From: Pecten maximus
Lineage: Eukaryota
Length of the DNA stretch: 64,000 nt
NCBI RefSeq assembly: GCF_902652985.1
Contig: NC_047025.1
Location: 12,400,001-12,464,000 of the forward strand
Reading direction: 5' to 3'
A model generated the notes under the pieces. It did no database searches, was not told where the DNA came from, and saw only the letters and a list, made by a program, of their open reading frames with translations. The position numbers were made by a program, and so were the translations under genes. Shown here in pieces: positions 39,231-50,309 of the stretch. The stretch's first letter is position 1. The number at the start of each line of letters is the position of its first letter.

Positions 39231-42200
39231 TCAGTAAGGAGAAAAGTATGAGGCCCGTCTGTACCGACTGAAACATAAAATGAAATTGAAAGTAAGAACA
39301 AGATAGATAAGCATTGATCAAAACTATTCCGGTCATCAATCTTGAACATGCAATATCACAATGTCAACACTCCTATCACTACAATACAGTAATCTATTAT
39401 CCATGTCTTTGAACACTCCCCCACCCCCTTGTGTAAAATCTCCCATTCAGTTAATCAAGGTGTTTCAAATTGGCACATCAAACAAAACATTTTCCTCTTT
39501 TCAGTGCTTTTTGTGAAGTTATCAATTCGAAAAATATAATCATCACTGCTATATAAAACACTGAAAGGACAAAGAAGTGTCATTTCAATTACCTTTCTGA
39601 CAAAACTTAATTTTTGAGATTTAAAAAAAAATCTGTTTTAATGAATGCTAAGTTTGAAGATCCTGTTAAGTTTCTAGATGACAATAATTCATTTCATAGG
39701 AGTCTATCTTGTTTCTGAAATAGAATGTGATCATACACTGTAAAATAACAATGCATAAAACAAGCATCGCCAATAGGACAGCAAGGGCCGTGCTTTGTAC
39801 CTAAAGAGGAGGACCATTGGTCTGTGTAGAGAAAGAGAATAGGGCAACCACTTGAGTCTTTATACAAAAAGAATAAGATTACTTTAAGTCATCACATTCT
39901 CAGACTGTATTCTTCACAAAAACTCCACATGTGCATACAAATAAAATTTAAAGTAGGGCTGTAACGAGTACCCGGGTGACCCCTCTTGGGTCAGTTTTGA
40001 TCCCGACCCGGGTTTGAAATTGTGTACCTGAACCCCGAAACTTTGTACTAACATAGTACTAACTACTATGGTTCACAGAAGTACACATATAGTTCAAAAT
40101 ACACAGTAGCCTTGACACACCTGAGTTATTACGGTAGAGCTGTGTTTCCAGTCATGCGCATAACAAACTGCGCGTATGTCAACCAAACAACATGACTTCC
40201 TTGATTGAAGTGCGACTCAATACAATGTCTTTTCATCAGAGTACATATCATGACTTCATCAGTAATGTTCTACTAAGAAGTAAGAACTATTCAAAGTATT
40301 CATTTAACACAAACAAATCCATGTTCATAATATCAAAGGCTTCTCCTATTCTATTCTAAATGCCCGTACAGGGCTACAACTTACAAGTCTACAGCCAACA
40401 GGACACCGGGTACGAGTCGGGTTGTAAAGACCGAGTACCCGGGGCAAAGCATTTGTACCCGTGACAGCCTTAATTTAAAGGGGTAGTAGCTTGTCAGTAC
40501 ATCCATTCCCAATATATATACTTTCAGCAGACTTGAAAAGCCCTCCAGTTGAACTCAACAATCTACAGAACAGTTGACATTTTTCCTGACCAAATGGTTT
40601 TGTAAGAGCTATTTAAATTTGTATTCAAAAACATTTGACCTGTGACCATATATAGCTGCCAATGTGTTAACGTTATTTTCACTGCATAGCCTTCGCTTCA
40701 AGAAGCTACCGCAGACATTTATATCATGCAGAGACTTCGGTTTTCATTTGAAGAAAATGCAGAAAGAAAGCTTCAACATGGCATATACATGCTAGTAGTG
40801 TGAAAGAAGAGATAACAGTGAAGACTCTGTAGATCTAACCAATAGCAGATTATATATATGACTAGCATTTCCAATGTATATACATACGTGAATCTGCCCC
40901 TTGGTCGTGGTGAGTAACCTCCATATGGAGACCCTCGGAACCCGCCACTACCTCTCCGATACCCTCGGCCACGAGGAGGTCGGTTTGTTGAACTAATGCC
41001 AGGTCGGTTTGTTCTTTTTACAGTCACCTACAAAACGACAGCTTGTGTTTAAAATTTCAACAAGTTCAAGATGGCAATTTGCCAATGCAACATTTTCACT
41101 TATAAACAAGAACATCAATATCTCCCTCCAGTGTATGTACCCATCAACGAACATGCAGGAAACTTTAAGTTCAGATATGGCCACCATAGCAAAGTTTTGA
41201 TCAACAATTTTCAACATAACACTGATCCTCACAATGTCTTACAGACTGCCACAAATTATAACTATCCACAAAGCTAGAAATGTGCCCTGAATCACAAGTA
41301 TGTTTACCTTAATTTGTCTTCCCCTAAACAGTGAATCGTCCAGCGCTTGTGCTGTGGCTACAGAGTCTTTATCAGCAAATTCTACATATGCAAAGCTGTA
41401 AAATAAACAAAGGCACTTACTTAATGAAGCAATAATTTACAGAAAATTGTGTGATTATAGAATTGAATTTACCGCTTGCTAGAACGTTAATGAAATTACA
41501 TACAAGCCAGGTTGCTTAACAAAAGGACTTCATTTTCTAATTAACATGTAAACAAGTAACACTCGACAGAAAAATATCAGTTGTGTTGGAGTCAGGTTAC
41601 AAGGTGGGGGTCAGACTAGGGGGTGGGGGTCAGGTTAGGGGGCGAGGGTCAGGTTAGGGGCTGGGGGTCAGGTTAGGGGGTAGGGGTCAGGTTAGGGGGT
41701 AGAGGTCAGGTTAAGGGGTGGGGTCAGGTTAAGGGCTGGGTGTCTTACCCTTTAGGATGTCCTGTAAATTTATCGCATAAAATTGTCACTCTGTTCACGG
41801 ATCCACAACCATGGAAGTGCTGTTCCAGTTCTTCAGCTGTAGCTCCATAATCTACCTAAAATGATGAAAAAGCTATGAAGAATACCTGTTTAGCGCACCA
41901 GAGATGCACACCATTATCATATTCCCTACCAAAACTCATGTCTTACATTACAGCTATTTCAAAACATTTGTTGGGGAGTGGGGACTATATTCGATATTCA
42001 AAAGTTTTCCTTGGACCCAATAATATATACAATTCAACAACTGACACATATTGATTAAAACAGTTGCACTCCTATATATAGCTAAACAGTAAACACATTC
42101 AATTTTTAGTATTTAAGATCATGAAGATTTGGGTTTTGTACTCCTTATGTTATATTCATATTATATGCAACACACAACTCTTAATCAGAGACTTTTAGGT

Positions 42201-45200
42201 TGTGTTAAAATATAAAATTCTTTTCTCTATAAAAATATACTTAATAATGCATTGTATTCAAGATCAGCTGCAAGTTGAAATCATCACTACAGCGTGTAGC
42301 TCCTTAGTCTAACATGTAATGAACATCATCTCTTGAATACCAATGTGTGAAGTATTTATAGCTTATCCATCATGTCTGTAATATATGTACTATTCTAAAG
42401 TCTGTCTATCAAATGTTTCTGTGTTTCAAATACCAGTTTATAGTGGCATTTATCAATATTTTCTTCTTCATAATACAAACTCTAGTATGAATTCAATAGT
42501 TCATAATAAAACTCATTGTACTCCCTAAATTTAAGCCTTGTTTTGGTTCAAGATCAGCTCAGGTTAAAATCATTGAATGAAACTCTTTAGTCTAACATGT
42601 GGAAACATCATTTCTCAAACCAAACAAAGTCACAAAATCTTTTTTTTTTAATGAGTCTTGTGACAAATGAGCTACTGTAAGTACAGAAGAAGACCAGAGA
42701 AGTATATACAATTTCAACATAATTGTAAACAGATCCATACAGCGGTTCAACCAATTGTAGACTACACCAACTTGAGTTACTTCAGGACCAGTCAGCAAAA
42801 GACCTCACTCAAGAGTATTCAGTTCATCACTTACAATCACAACATGCTTATTTTCAATAACAAGGCTATTATATATATCAGCGTCATAAATCAGTGATTA
42901 TAGTCATAGATTTCTATTGATATTTTATACATAAAGATACATATCTTAACAAATCTGAATTATGGTTCAAGATCAGTGAAAGTTTAAATCATAGCCATAT
43001 CACAGCTCTTTAGTCTAACATGTGTAAACATCATGTCCTGAACCATACTGTCCATTAGATAGTTGTACATTGTCGGTTAGCTTGTATGTAAATAGATTTT
43101 AAATCCAACATCCAAACTGAAGCTATGCAGGTAATACAATTACAAATAAATCAATTTCCTATACTCCGAGTAGACATAAACTAGGGCTATTCCTTTATAA
43201 TATAAAAGCATCCCTATAGCTTTTGAAATTAAGACAGGACCCCAATTATTTTCAAGAATTTCATCTGAACTATACAAAAAGGACCCCCCCCCCCCCCCCC
43301 CCCCCATTTACAAAATTAGCCAGTGTGAAACCCAAGCATACAGTTGTATATGATTTTTTTAGTTCCTATTCATAGTATTCTATTAATGTAACAAACTTTC
43401 AAAAATAACAAATTTTTATCTGAATGCCTTGAACTTATTTCAATTTTACAAATCAGTGTTTTTTGTCTTTTTAAAACTTCGTTGAATTCTTTTAACCAAT
43501 GAGAGAAATGAAGATTGGTTCAAGATCAGCAAAGTGTTGAAATCATAGCTACTGTGTAACTCTTTAGTCTAACATGTGTAAAACATCATCTCCTGAACCA
43601 TCTCACAAGTTTGAATACAACTTTCTGCTACAAGCACTGGCATAACCTTCCACTCATATCAGAATCAAAATGATGATAATACTAATATTGAAACCAAAAT
43701 AAAAGATGGACCAGGATTTCCATGCCGCTAAAGACTGTACAGTACGTCACATGTACGCCAGAAGCTGTCCAGGATGGAAAATGTGACGACAATACTTAGA
43801 AGTTTAGTTGCCATTCATAGTATTCTATTCATAAAACAAACTTTCAAAAATAGCAAATGTTTATCTTAATGCCTTGAACTAATTTCAATTTTACAAATAA
43901 TTGCTTACTATTTATAAAAACTTTGTGGAATTCTTTGAAAAAATATATACTTTATAAGATAGACATTGATGACAGTGAGAGAAATGAAGATTGGTTCAAG
44001 ATCAGCAAAGTGTTGAAATCATAGCTACCGTGTAGCTCTTTAGTCTAACATGTGTAAAACATCATCTCCTGAACCATCTCACAAGTTTGAATACAACTTT
44101 CTGCTACAAGCACTGGCATAAACTTCAACTCATATCAGAAGCGAAATAGTGAAGATACTAATATTAAAACCAAAACAAAAGACTGTACAGTGCGTCACAT
44201 GTATGCCAGAAGCTGTCTAGGACGGCAAATGTAACGACAATACTCCAATGGATTCCACAACGGGTTTCTTTTTGTAACTTACATTTCCAACATAAACCGA
44301 TCTGTTATCAGCTTCAAGTTTTTCTTCAACTGTAGGGAATCCAGCTGTGGGGAAAAAAATCAATAGCATTTAACATTAAAATGTAAATTTGTACTCTGTT
44401 ATTGAACTAATAGTGTACTTACAAAATCTAAACTTGGCAATACATATTTAATTCTCATTCCTCTAGTCATTCCTTCAACCTACAGCTTACTATTATACTA
44501 TTTGGACTTTTAAATTAATCTTTGTTTTTGTGATTAATAGGAATCTGGAAAACTAAATGAAAGCTGACATCAAATATAAAGTAAAAGGAACAAGTATTTA
44601 TCCTTTCCAAATCTCACAAGTTTTAATAGAATACCAATGCTTCCTCCGAAATAAAATACATATTATGAATTATTACTTTTGAACACCATTTTGACACTCA
44701 GTCAAAGATTTATTTCCTTGAAAAAGGGTAGGGGCACCCTTATTAGGGCAGGCACCCTTATTAGGTCAAATACGGTATTTGTAAACATTATCTCATTTGT
44801 TGGTGATGTATACCAGCAGTGGTGGCTGTTGTTGGGGAGGTGATGTTCATTTGTTTTTCCACTTCATTCTGCATTTCTTTCAATTTCTCTGCTTCCTCTT
44901 CCATCTCTTTCACACGGGCCTTGATAGCCTCCAACTCCTAAAATATAAATCAGAAACGTTGAATAATTGTTTACTATATCAGGTGGGGGAAACCACCAAC
45001 TTGTGTATAATACCAGCCTAAGCTTTTTCTTAGGGCCACTAAAGGCACTTATAGCATACGCAGGATGGCAGTATATATCAATTCTAAAGAATATATCATA
45101 CCATCTCCTTTGATTCCAACATTTTGTTTGCCGAGAATTCCGTTTTAAATCACCCTGTCAAGCCTATACATATCAAGACACTAATTTGGAGACAAGGGCT

Positions 45201-46213
45201 CTTTGTAATAGTTTTGTCAGTTATTGTGGGAACACTAAAACCAAGTCCAGATGATTCAGATTATCGATAGTCAAAATTATTTGGACTGTAATTGAAACTG
45301 TAACGTAACAAAAGCAACAGATGAATTAAAATCTCATTGTTTTTGGGCGGTGTATACGTACTTGGCCATTGAAATTATATCATTTTCAGGGACTGGGATA
45401 GAATTTTTAGAGCCACTAAGCATTGTGCCTGGTGACAATAGTACAAGCCTCGCACTATTTGAAATCCACTCGGCACCAAATAACAAACTTGTAATTTCAC
45501 CTAGATTTAAGTTTAGACTTTATTATAATTATTGCACATGTCTTTGTGTGTGCATAAATCTAAGTATACATTAATTAAGTTAATAAGATTTTTGTTATGA
45601 AATAAAGAAAACGACAAAATCATATTTTTAATTTTTTAATTTCACAAAAATTTTGTTGTTAGGTGAGCTTGATTTTTGTGTTTAATATGTCATTAGGCGA
45701 GCTGATTTTTCTATGATTTTGTGTAATATGCAGAGTCGTTGGATTATTTTTTCCATATCAATTTATTTCAAATGTTCAAACACTTCCTGTGTCCATTACA
45801 TTTGATTTTACATGTTTCATTGTTTGTATACTAAAATTGTATATCAAAAGAGGAAGACGCTGGGGTTAGGTTAAAATATATGTGGACCTGCTGCTAGTTG
45901 ACAATTGTCTGAATTAGGCCAAATTACGTTTTGGCTGCACAACTACGTATACACACTAGACTAGTTATTGATCCCCAATTTTAAACTATCGAAAATGGAT
46001 TTGCGATTACATTCCGGAGTCATTTTAACACAAATCGAATGCCTTTAAAGCATCTTGACACCTTCCTGACTTACATACCGGATCCTCCACGGCCGACTCG
46101 TCTTGGTTTGTTGCTGTAGCATCATGATCACCGTCTCCTCCTTCAAACTGCTGTGCGTCCGGATCGAAATCCGTTACAGAATCATCTGCGAAATCAGGTT
46201 CTTTATCGGCCAT
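39231..46213 (-). CDS. PABPN1: Nuclear poly(A)-binding protein (PABPN1/PABP2), 230 aa
   Basis: Exons 46213-46079, 44937-44814, 44344-44283, 41855-41749, 41395-41308, 41027-40888, 39267-39231 total 693 nt. Hallmarks [96 protein letters not shown]-rich tail, C-terminal YFSPY*. Probable 5'UTR intron 46227-46347. Confidence 0.97.
39954..40472. mobile_element. hAT-type MITE in the PABPN1 terminal intron
   Basis: Ends TAGGGCTGTAACG / CGTGACAGCCTTA; exact 8-bp TSD ATTTAAAG at 39946-39953 and 40473-40480; subterminal ACCCG repeats. Confidence 0.9.
41591..41740. repeat. G-rich ~18-bp minisatellite (GGTCAGGTTAGGGGGTGG), about 8 copies
   Basis: Directly visible; abuts the 5' splice site at 41748. Confidence 0.9.
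42254..42340 (-). ncRNA. Box C/D snoRNA, SNORD104/snR58-like, copy 1
   Basis: GTATTCAAGA-G-ATGATG(C)-TTCATT-ACATGTTAGACT(guide)-A-AGGA(D')-GCTACA CGC TGTAGT-G-ATGATT(C')-TCAACTTGCAG-CTGA(D)-TCTTGAATAC; perfect 10-bp terminal stem; sense to the host gene. Confidence 0.85.
42542..42624 (-). ncRNA. Box C/D snoRNA, SNORD104/snR58-like, copy 2
   Basis: TTTGGTTTGAGA-A-ATGATG-TTTC-CACATGTTAGACT-A-AAGA-GTTTCATTCA-ATGATT-TTAACCTGAG-CTGA-TCTTGAACCAAA; 12-bp stem with two G.U pairs. Confidence 0.85.
42961..43047 (-). ncRNA. Box C/D snoRNA, SNORD104/snR58-like, copy 3
   Basis: TATGGTTCAGGA-C-ATGATG-TTTA-CACATGTTAGACT-A-AAGA-GCTGTGATATGGCT-ATGATT-TAAACTTTCA-CTGA-TCTTGAACCATA; 12-bp terminal stem. Confidence 0.88.
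43516..43600 (-). ncRNA. Box C/D snoRNA, SNORD104/snR58-like, copy 4
   Basis: TGGTTCAGGA-G-ATGATG-TTTTA-CACATGTTAGACT-A-AAGA-GTTACACAGTAGCT-ATGATT-TCAACACTTTG-CTGA-TCTTGAACCA. Confidence 0.88.
43992..44076 (-). ncRNA. Box C/D snoRNA, SNORD104/snR58-like, copy 5
   Basis: Same as copy 4 except two internal-stem-loop bases (GCTACACGGTAGCT). Confidence 0.88.
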
Positions 46214-47877
46214 GTTTCATTAATATCTGAAAATATGTATTTGAAAATGTACCAATACATGTACAAATGAAGTATAGCGATGAAATTGCCTTCCTTGATC
46301 CTATTTCATTTTGGATGATGACGGATTTACATTATACATTAATCTACCTGTTATTCTTACGCCGGCCGGTGTCCTTTATGTTGCAACCAATTGAAGAGTT
46401 CCAATGTTTTTATCGATATACTCTAAGAGTTACTTCCCTTATAACAAAACACTCCCCGTTTTTGAGGTGGTCAGACCGAAATTTACAGAGAAAATGTTAT
46501 TGCAGGTGGCACTATTTCTTTTTTTATATCGAACATGAATTTTGAAAGTGAAATTGTTGCATTTTACGGGTTTTTCCCATGGATTTCACTTTTTACCCTC
46601 AGGTACCAGAGAGTTTGTTGAGGACTGTATTTTTATACGTTTTAGGTGAATTGGCTATTTATATATGTTATACGCTAATTTTTGATACACTGTACTTCAC
46701 CAAAGATTTTTTTTTATATTTATAAGCATGGACGCGTATATATAATATACGTCACTGATCAAAATAAACAAGGCAGTATATCATACAGAAACTCGATTAT
46801 CCCATGAACATATAGATCTTATATCTAATATATAAGAAAGTTACATATTTTAGAAAATTATATACTAAAACATAAATATGATTCTAAGAGTTCTCTACAT
46901 TCTCCATATTAGGCCTTGAGAATTCTACCCGCAGCTTGTATTTATCCATATGCACTGATTGATGCCTATGTCACTGTATGTGTACTTTAAAACCATAAAA
47001 ACTGGAAGCAGAAACTCGCATCTGACGATACTGTAAATTAGAAAGGATTTGATGTTCAACAACGAAAGAAGACTAGAACACACCAAACAAAAGTCATATT
47101 TATAGCCCAGTTTAATTACCCCTGTCTTTAAAGTTAATTCCCAACTAAATCGATGGAAGGATTAAGACAAAATCCAATATGATCTTACACGTGTACGTTA
47201 TCATCAACACAAACCAGAGACTTATATATCAGATATATACAAGCTTATGCACGAACTAATAAGAGTCGTTTTAAAAATTTTGAAGAAACGTTTTGCTTTC
47301 AAACTTTTTTTTCGAAGCCTAATTTAATTTTTCAATTATTGTAGGTAGATAATTAATTCACAACGACCGCATACCACTGTTTAACACTTTCAGAACGTTG
47401 TTCGGCATTCTGATGAACGTTTTGTTTAATTGTATTTGTTCAAAAGTTGACGATTAAAAACGTTAAATAGGGCTGCAATTTATTTGCAAACGACACTAAT
47501 TGGAAACACAGGGACTTGACACGAATTCCTAACCAACAGTCCATATATATATAAATAATACAAATATGTATTGAGGTTGGGAATCCGTGCCAAGTCCCTG
47601 TAATTGGAAATGAAGCATTACAGAATGACGTTTAATTATTGGACATTATAATCTGTTGTATTAATTGGATTATGAAGAGGGGACGTGTGCAATACCACGT
47701 CATTGTCTTTATTTAATCATTATTTAAATTGTAAATATTTCATTCCGGTATAGCGGATCCTGTACTGGTAATAAACCTACCTTATTTTATAATTGACAGA
47801 TATACGTAAGATATCCACCTCGGGGCGTGGTCTAGCATACTGTGAATTTATATGTGAATGGTTACATTTTGTCAATG

Positions 47878-50268
47878 ATCACCGGGTGATACCGGAAGTT
47901 ACGAATCCGACGGGGAGTATATACAAATCCGACGGGGAGTATCTACCCGAAGGGCGTAAGGACATGGCTGGGGTTTTTTAACAGTGATACATGGCATTTT
48001 AATATACTATCGGAAATATGATGATACCCACGGAATTCTACGCTATCTCCTTTATACATATCAGTAATTCGTTAATCTCATAACCTTGCCGTGTTTGATT
48101 GATGCTCAATATTATCCGGCTGCCCTACTGTCAAACGACGAATTTGTTATGATTTTTGTCAAAAATACCCAATAATCGCGATCAAAACACGATGGACAGA
48201 GTTTTGGCATTAAACATTGACTACAATAAACTATTAGTAATCAACAATTTGTTTGGATTACAGCTATAAAGTACCTTAATCGGCTAATTATAATGACACG
48301 AAAAAATTCCGACGGGGAAAATCTCTCTCCAATATCTGAATCCGACGGGGACTATCAGTTCACAGGCTTTCATTTGATTTTCATTCAGATATCAAATACT
48401 TGTAATCAATATGACACTTGATTTCATTTTTTTCCAGATTATCCTAGATTTACCCAGTTATCGAAAGATTCTGGTGTTTTACATTTGATCCAGTGACTTC
48501 TTGCCCGTTAACGTTCATTCTTATTTTTGTAGGATTAATAAAACGTTTATGTTTTGGAGTTAACGAAATTGGATTTAACCCCTTTTTTGGGGGCGCGTGA
48601 AGCCACAACGTGTTACGTGTTGGCATTATCCTGAAAATTAAACGAAATAAGTGTTGACGTTATTAAAGTCTCTACTTCAAAATTCATTGGTGAGGGGTTA
48701 CATAAATTGATATTCCATATTTGATCAACAATAGTTCGAAAACGAGCACATTGACATATGATTTTTCGCCATTTTCTGCTATGGCATGACATCCGATTTC
48801 CAAAAATAGATACGAGAAAACAAGTTTAATACAGGAAAATTCTGGCTTCTGAGAGGTGTACAATTCCTGTTATCATTTATATGATATTTGTCAATTGGAC
48901 ATTTTCACGTGTACATACAACATATCAGTAATACGTTACATACAGGATTGAATCATAGAATCTCAAACAGTGAATTGTTTTGCAATCTATGATACGACAT
49001 TTAAGCGTCCGAGAGAGACAGCAGCTCCTGGGAGTAGAACAGCGCAACAATATGTAATGCATCTAACGTATAGAGTAATTGACGGGCACAATTGCAGATT
49101 TAAATGATTTCACTTGGCTTATACGGAGAGGTTAGAAACATTTTCTGTTAGATGCGCATGCTCCTTGGAGCTTTATTCATCAAATTGTTGTATATAGTTT
49201 TTTTGTTTTTGTTTTGTTTTTTTAGTTTGTTAGCAGTTTCGCTAATTCTGGACACTATCATAAGTGGAATTGAGCTTCATAAGATCGAACGCAACTGGAC
49301 CCATACAGTTTTCAGTTAGACTTATTACATTTTGATAACGTGTAGCGCAATACACACACTGTACGATGCTTGACATACTTGTACATGTATATATTTACAT
49401 TTACACTGCAGCCCTACTATATAACTTTACCAAGCTCACTTGAAGGTTACGAGTCCATAACGTCATTACTATAGTGACGTCATAATTGTCACGTCGGCGA
49501 TAACGAAAGATGGCTGTTGAAAAGGTGGTTCCGTCTTTGACAGTAATAATTTGTTCATTCATCGTAGCAGCAAAATTCCTGGATATAGTCTTTAAAAATC
49601 GTTGTCAAATGTAAGTATAAGCATTGAACTGCTTTCATTTGGAAGTTATGGGCTGATGAATGCCAACTGGACAAAGGCAGCATGAAGCACTAGCGCACTT
49701 CATTAAATTTGCCTTTGTCCAGTTGGCATTCATCAGCCTATAACTTCCAAATGGAAGAAGCTCAATGCTTAAGTCGCGACTTTGTGTACTGATATTCCCC
49801 GTCGGATTCAGATATTGGAGAGAGATTTTCCCCGTCGGAATTTTTCGTGTCATTATAATTAGCCAATTAAGGTACTGTATAGCTGTAATTCAAACAAATT
49901 GTTGATTACTAATAGTTTATTGCAGTCAATGTTTAATGCCAAAACTCTGTCCATCGCATTTTGATCGCGATTATTGGGTATTTTTGACAAAAATCATAAC
50001 AAATTCGTCGTTTGACGGTAAGGCAGCCGGATAATATTGAGCATCAATCAAACACGGCAAGTTTATGAGATTAACTAATTACTGATATGTATAAAGGAGA
50101 TAGCGTAGAATTCCGTGGGTATCATCATATTTCGAATAGTATGGTAAAATGCCATGGATCCCCATAAAACATACCCAGCCATGTCCTTACGCCCTTCGGG
50201 TAGATACTCCCCGTCGGATTTGTATATACTCCCCGTCGGATTCGTAACTTCCGGTATCACCCGGTGAT
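47878..50268. mobile_element. 2.4-kb structure bounded by ~480-bp inverted repeats (CACTA/EnSpm-like non-autonomous element, or two inverted MITE copies)
   Basis: 47878-48360 is the reverse complement of about 49787-50268; ends ATCACCGGGTGATACCGGAAG; internal TCCGACGGGG subterminal repeats. Confidence 0.75.
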
Positions 50269-50309
50269 GATGATGTAATTGGCGAAGGAATATATTTCAT
50301 TTGTTCTGA

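Larger units (their letters stand above)
43367..44244. repeat. Recent ~450-bp tandem duplication that produced snoRNA copies 4 and 5
   Basis: About 43367-43797 matches about 43812-44244 (ATTCATAGTATTCTATT...GACAATACT) at high identity with small indels. Confidence 0.9.

Noticed and set aside
39446-39546. Possible sixth C/D snoRNA in the PABPN1 terminal intron (GTGATGA...CTGA...TTGATGT...CTGA on minus)
   Set aside because: No terminal stem and only a ~9-nt match (CTTGATTAA) to recalled 18S sequence; compatible with chance. A cmscan would settle it.
7555-43305. Poly-C/poly-G runs near 7555, 11392, 27796 and 43284
   Set aside because: Simple homopolymers without shared context.
42254-44076. 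Reading the five intronic units as MITEs or pre-miRNAs
   Set aside because: No TSDs, all in sense orientation, conservation restricted to boxes and guide, and stems too short for pre-miRNA.
46079-46213. PABPN1 lacks the N-terminal polyalanine tract
   Set aside because: Expected for invertebrate orthologues.
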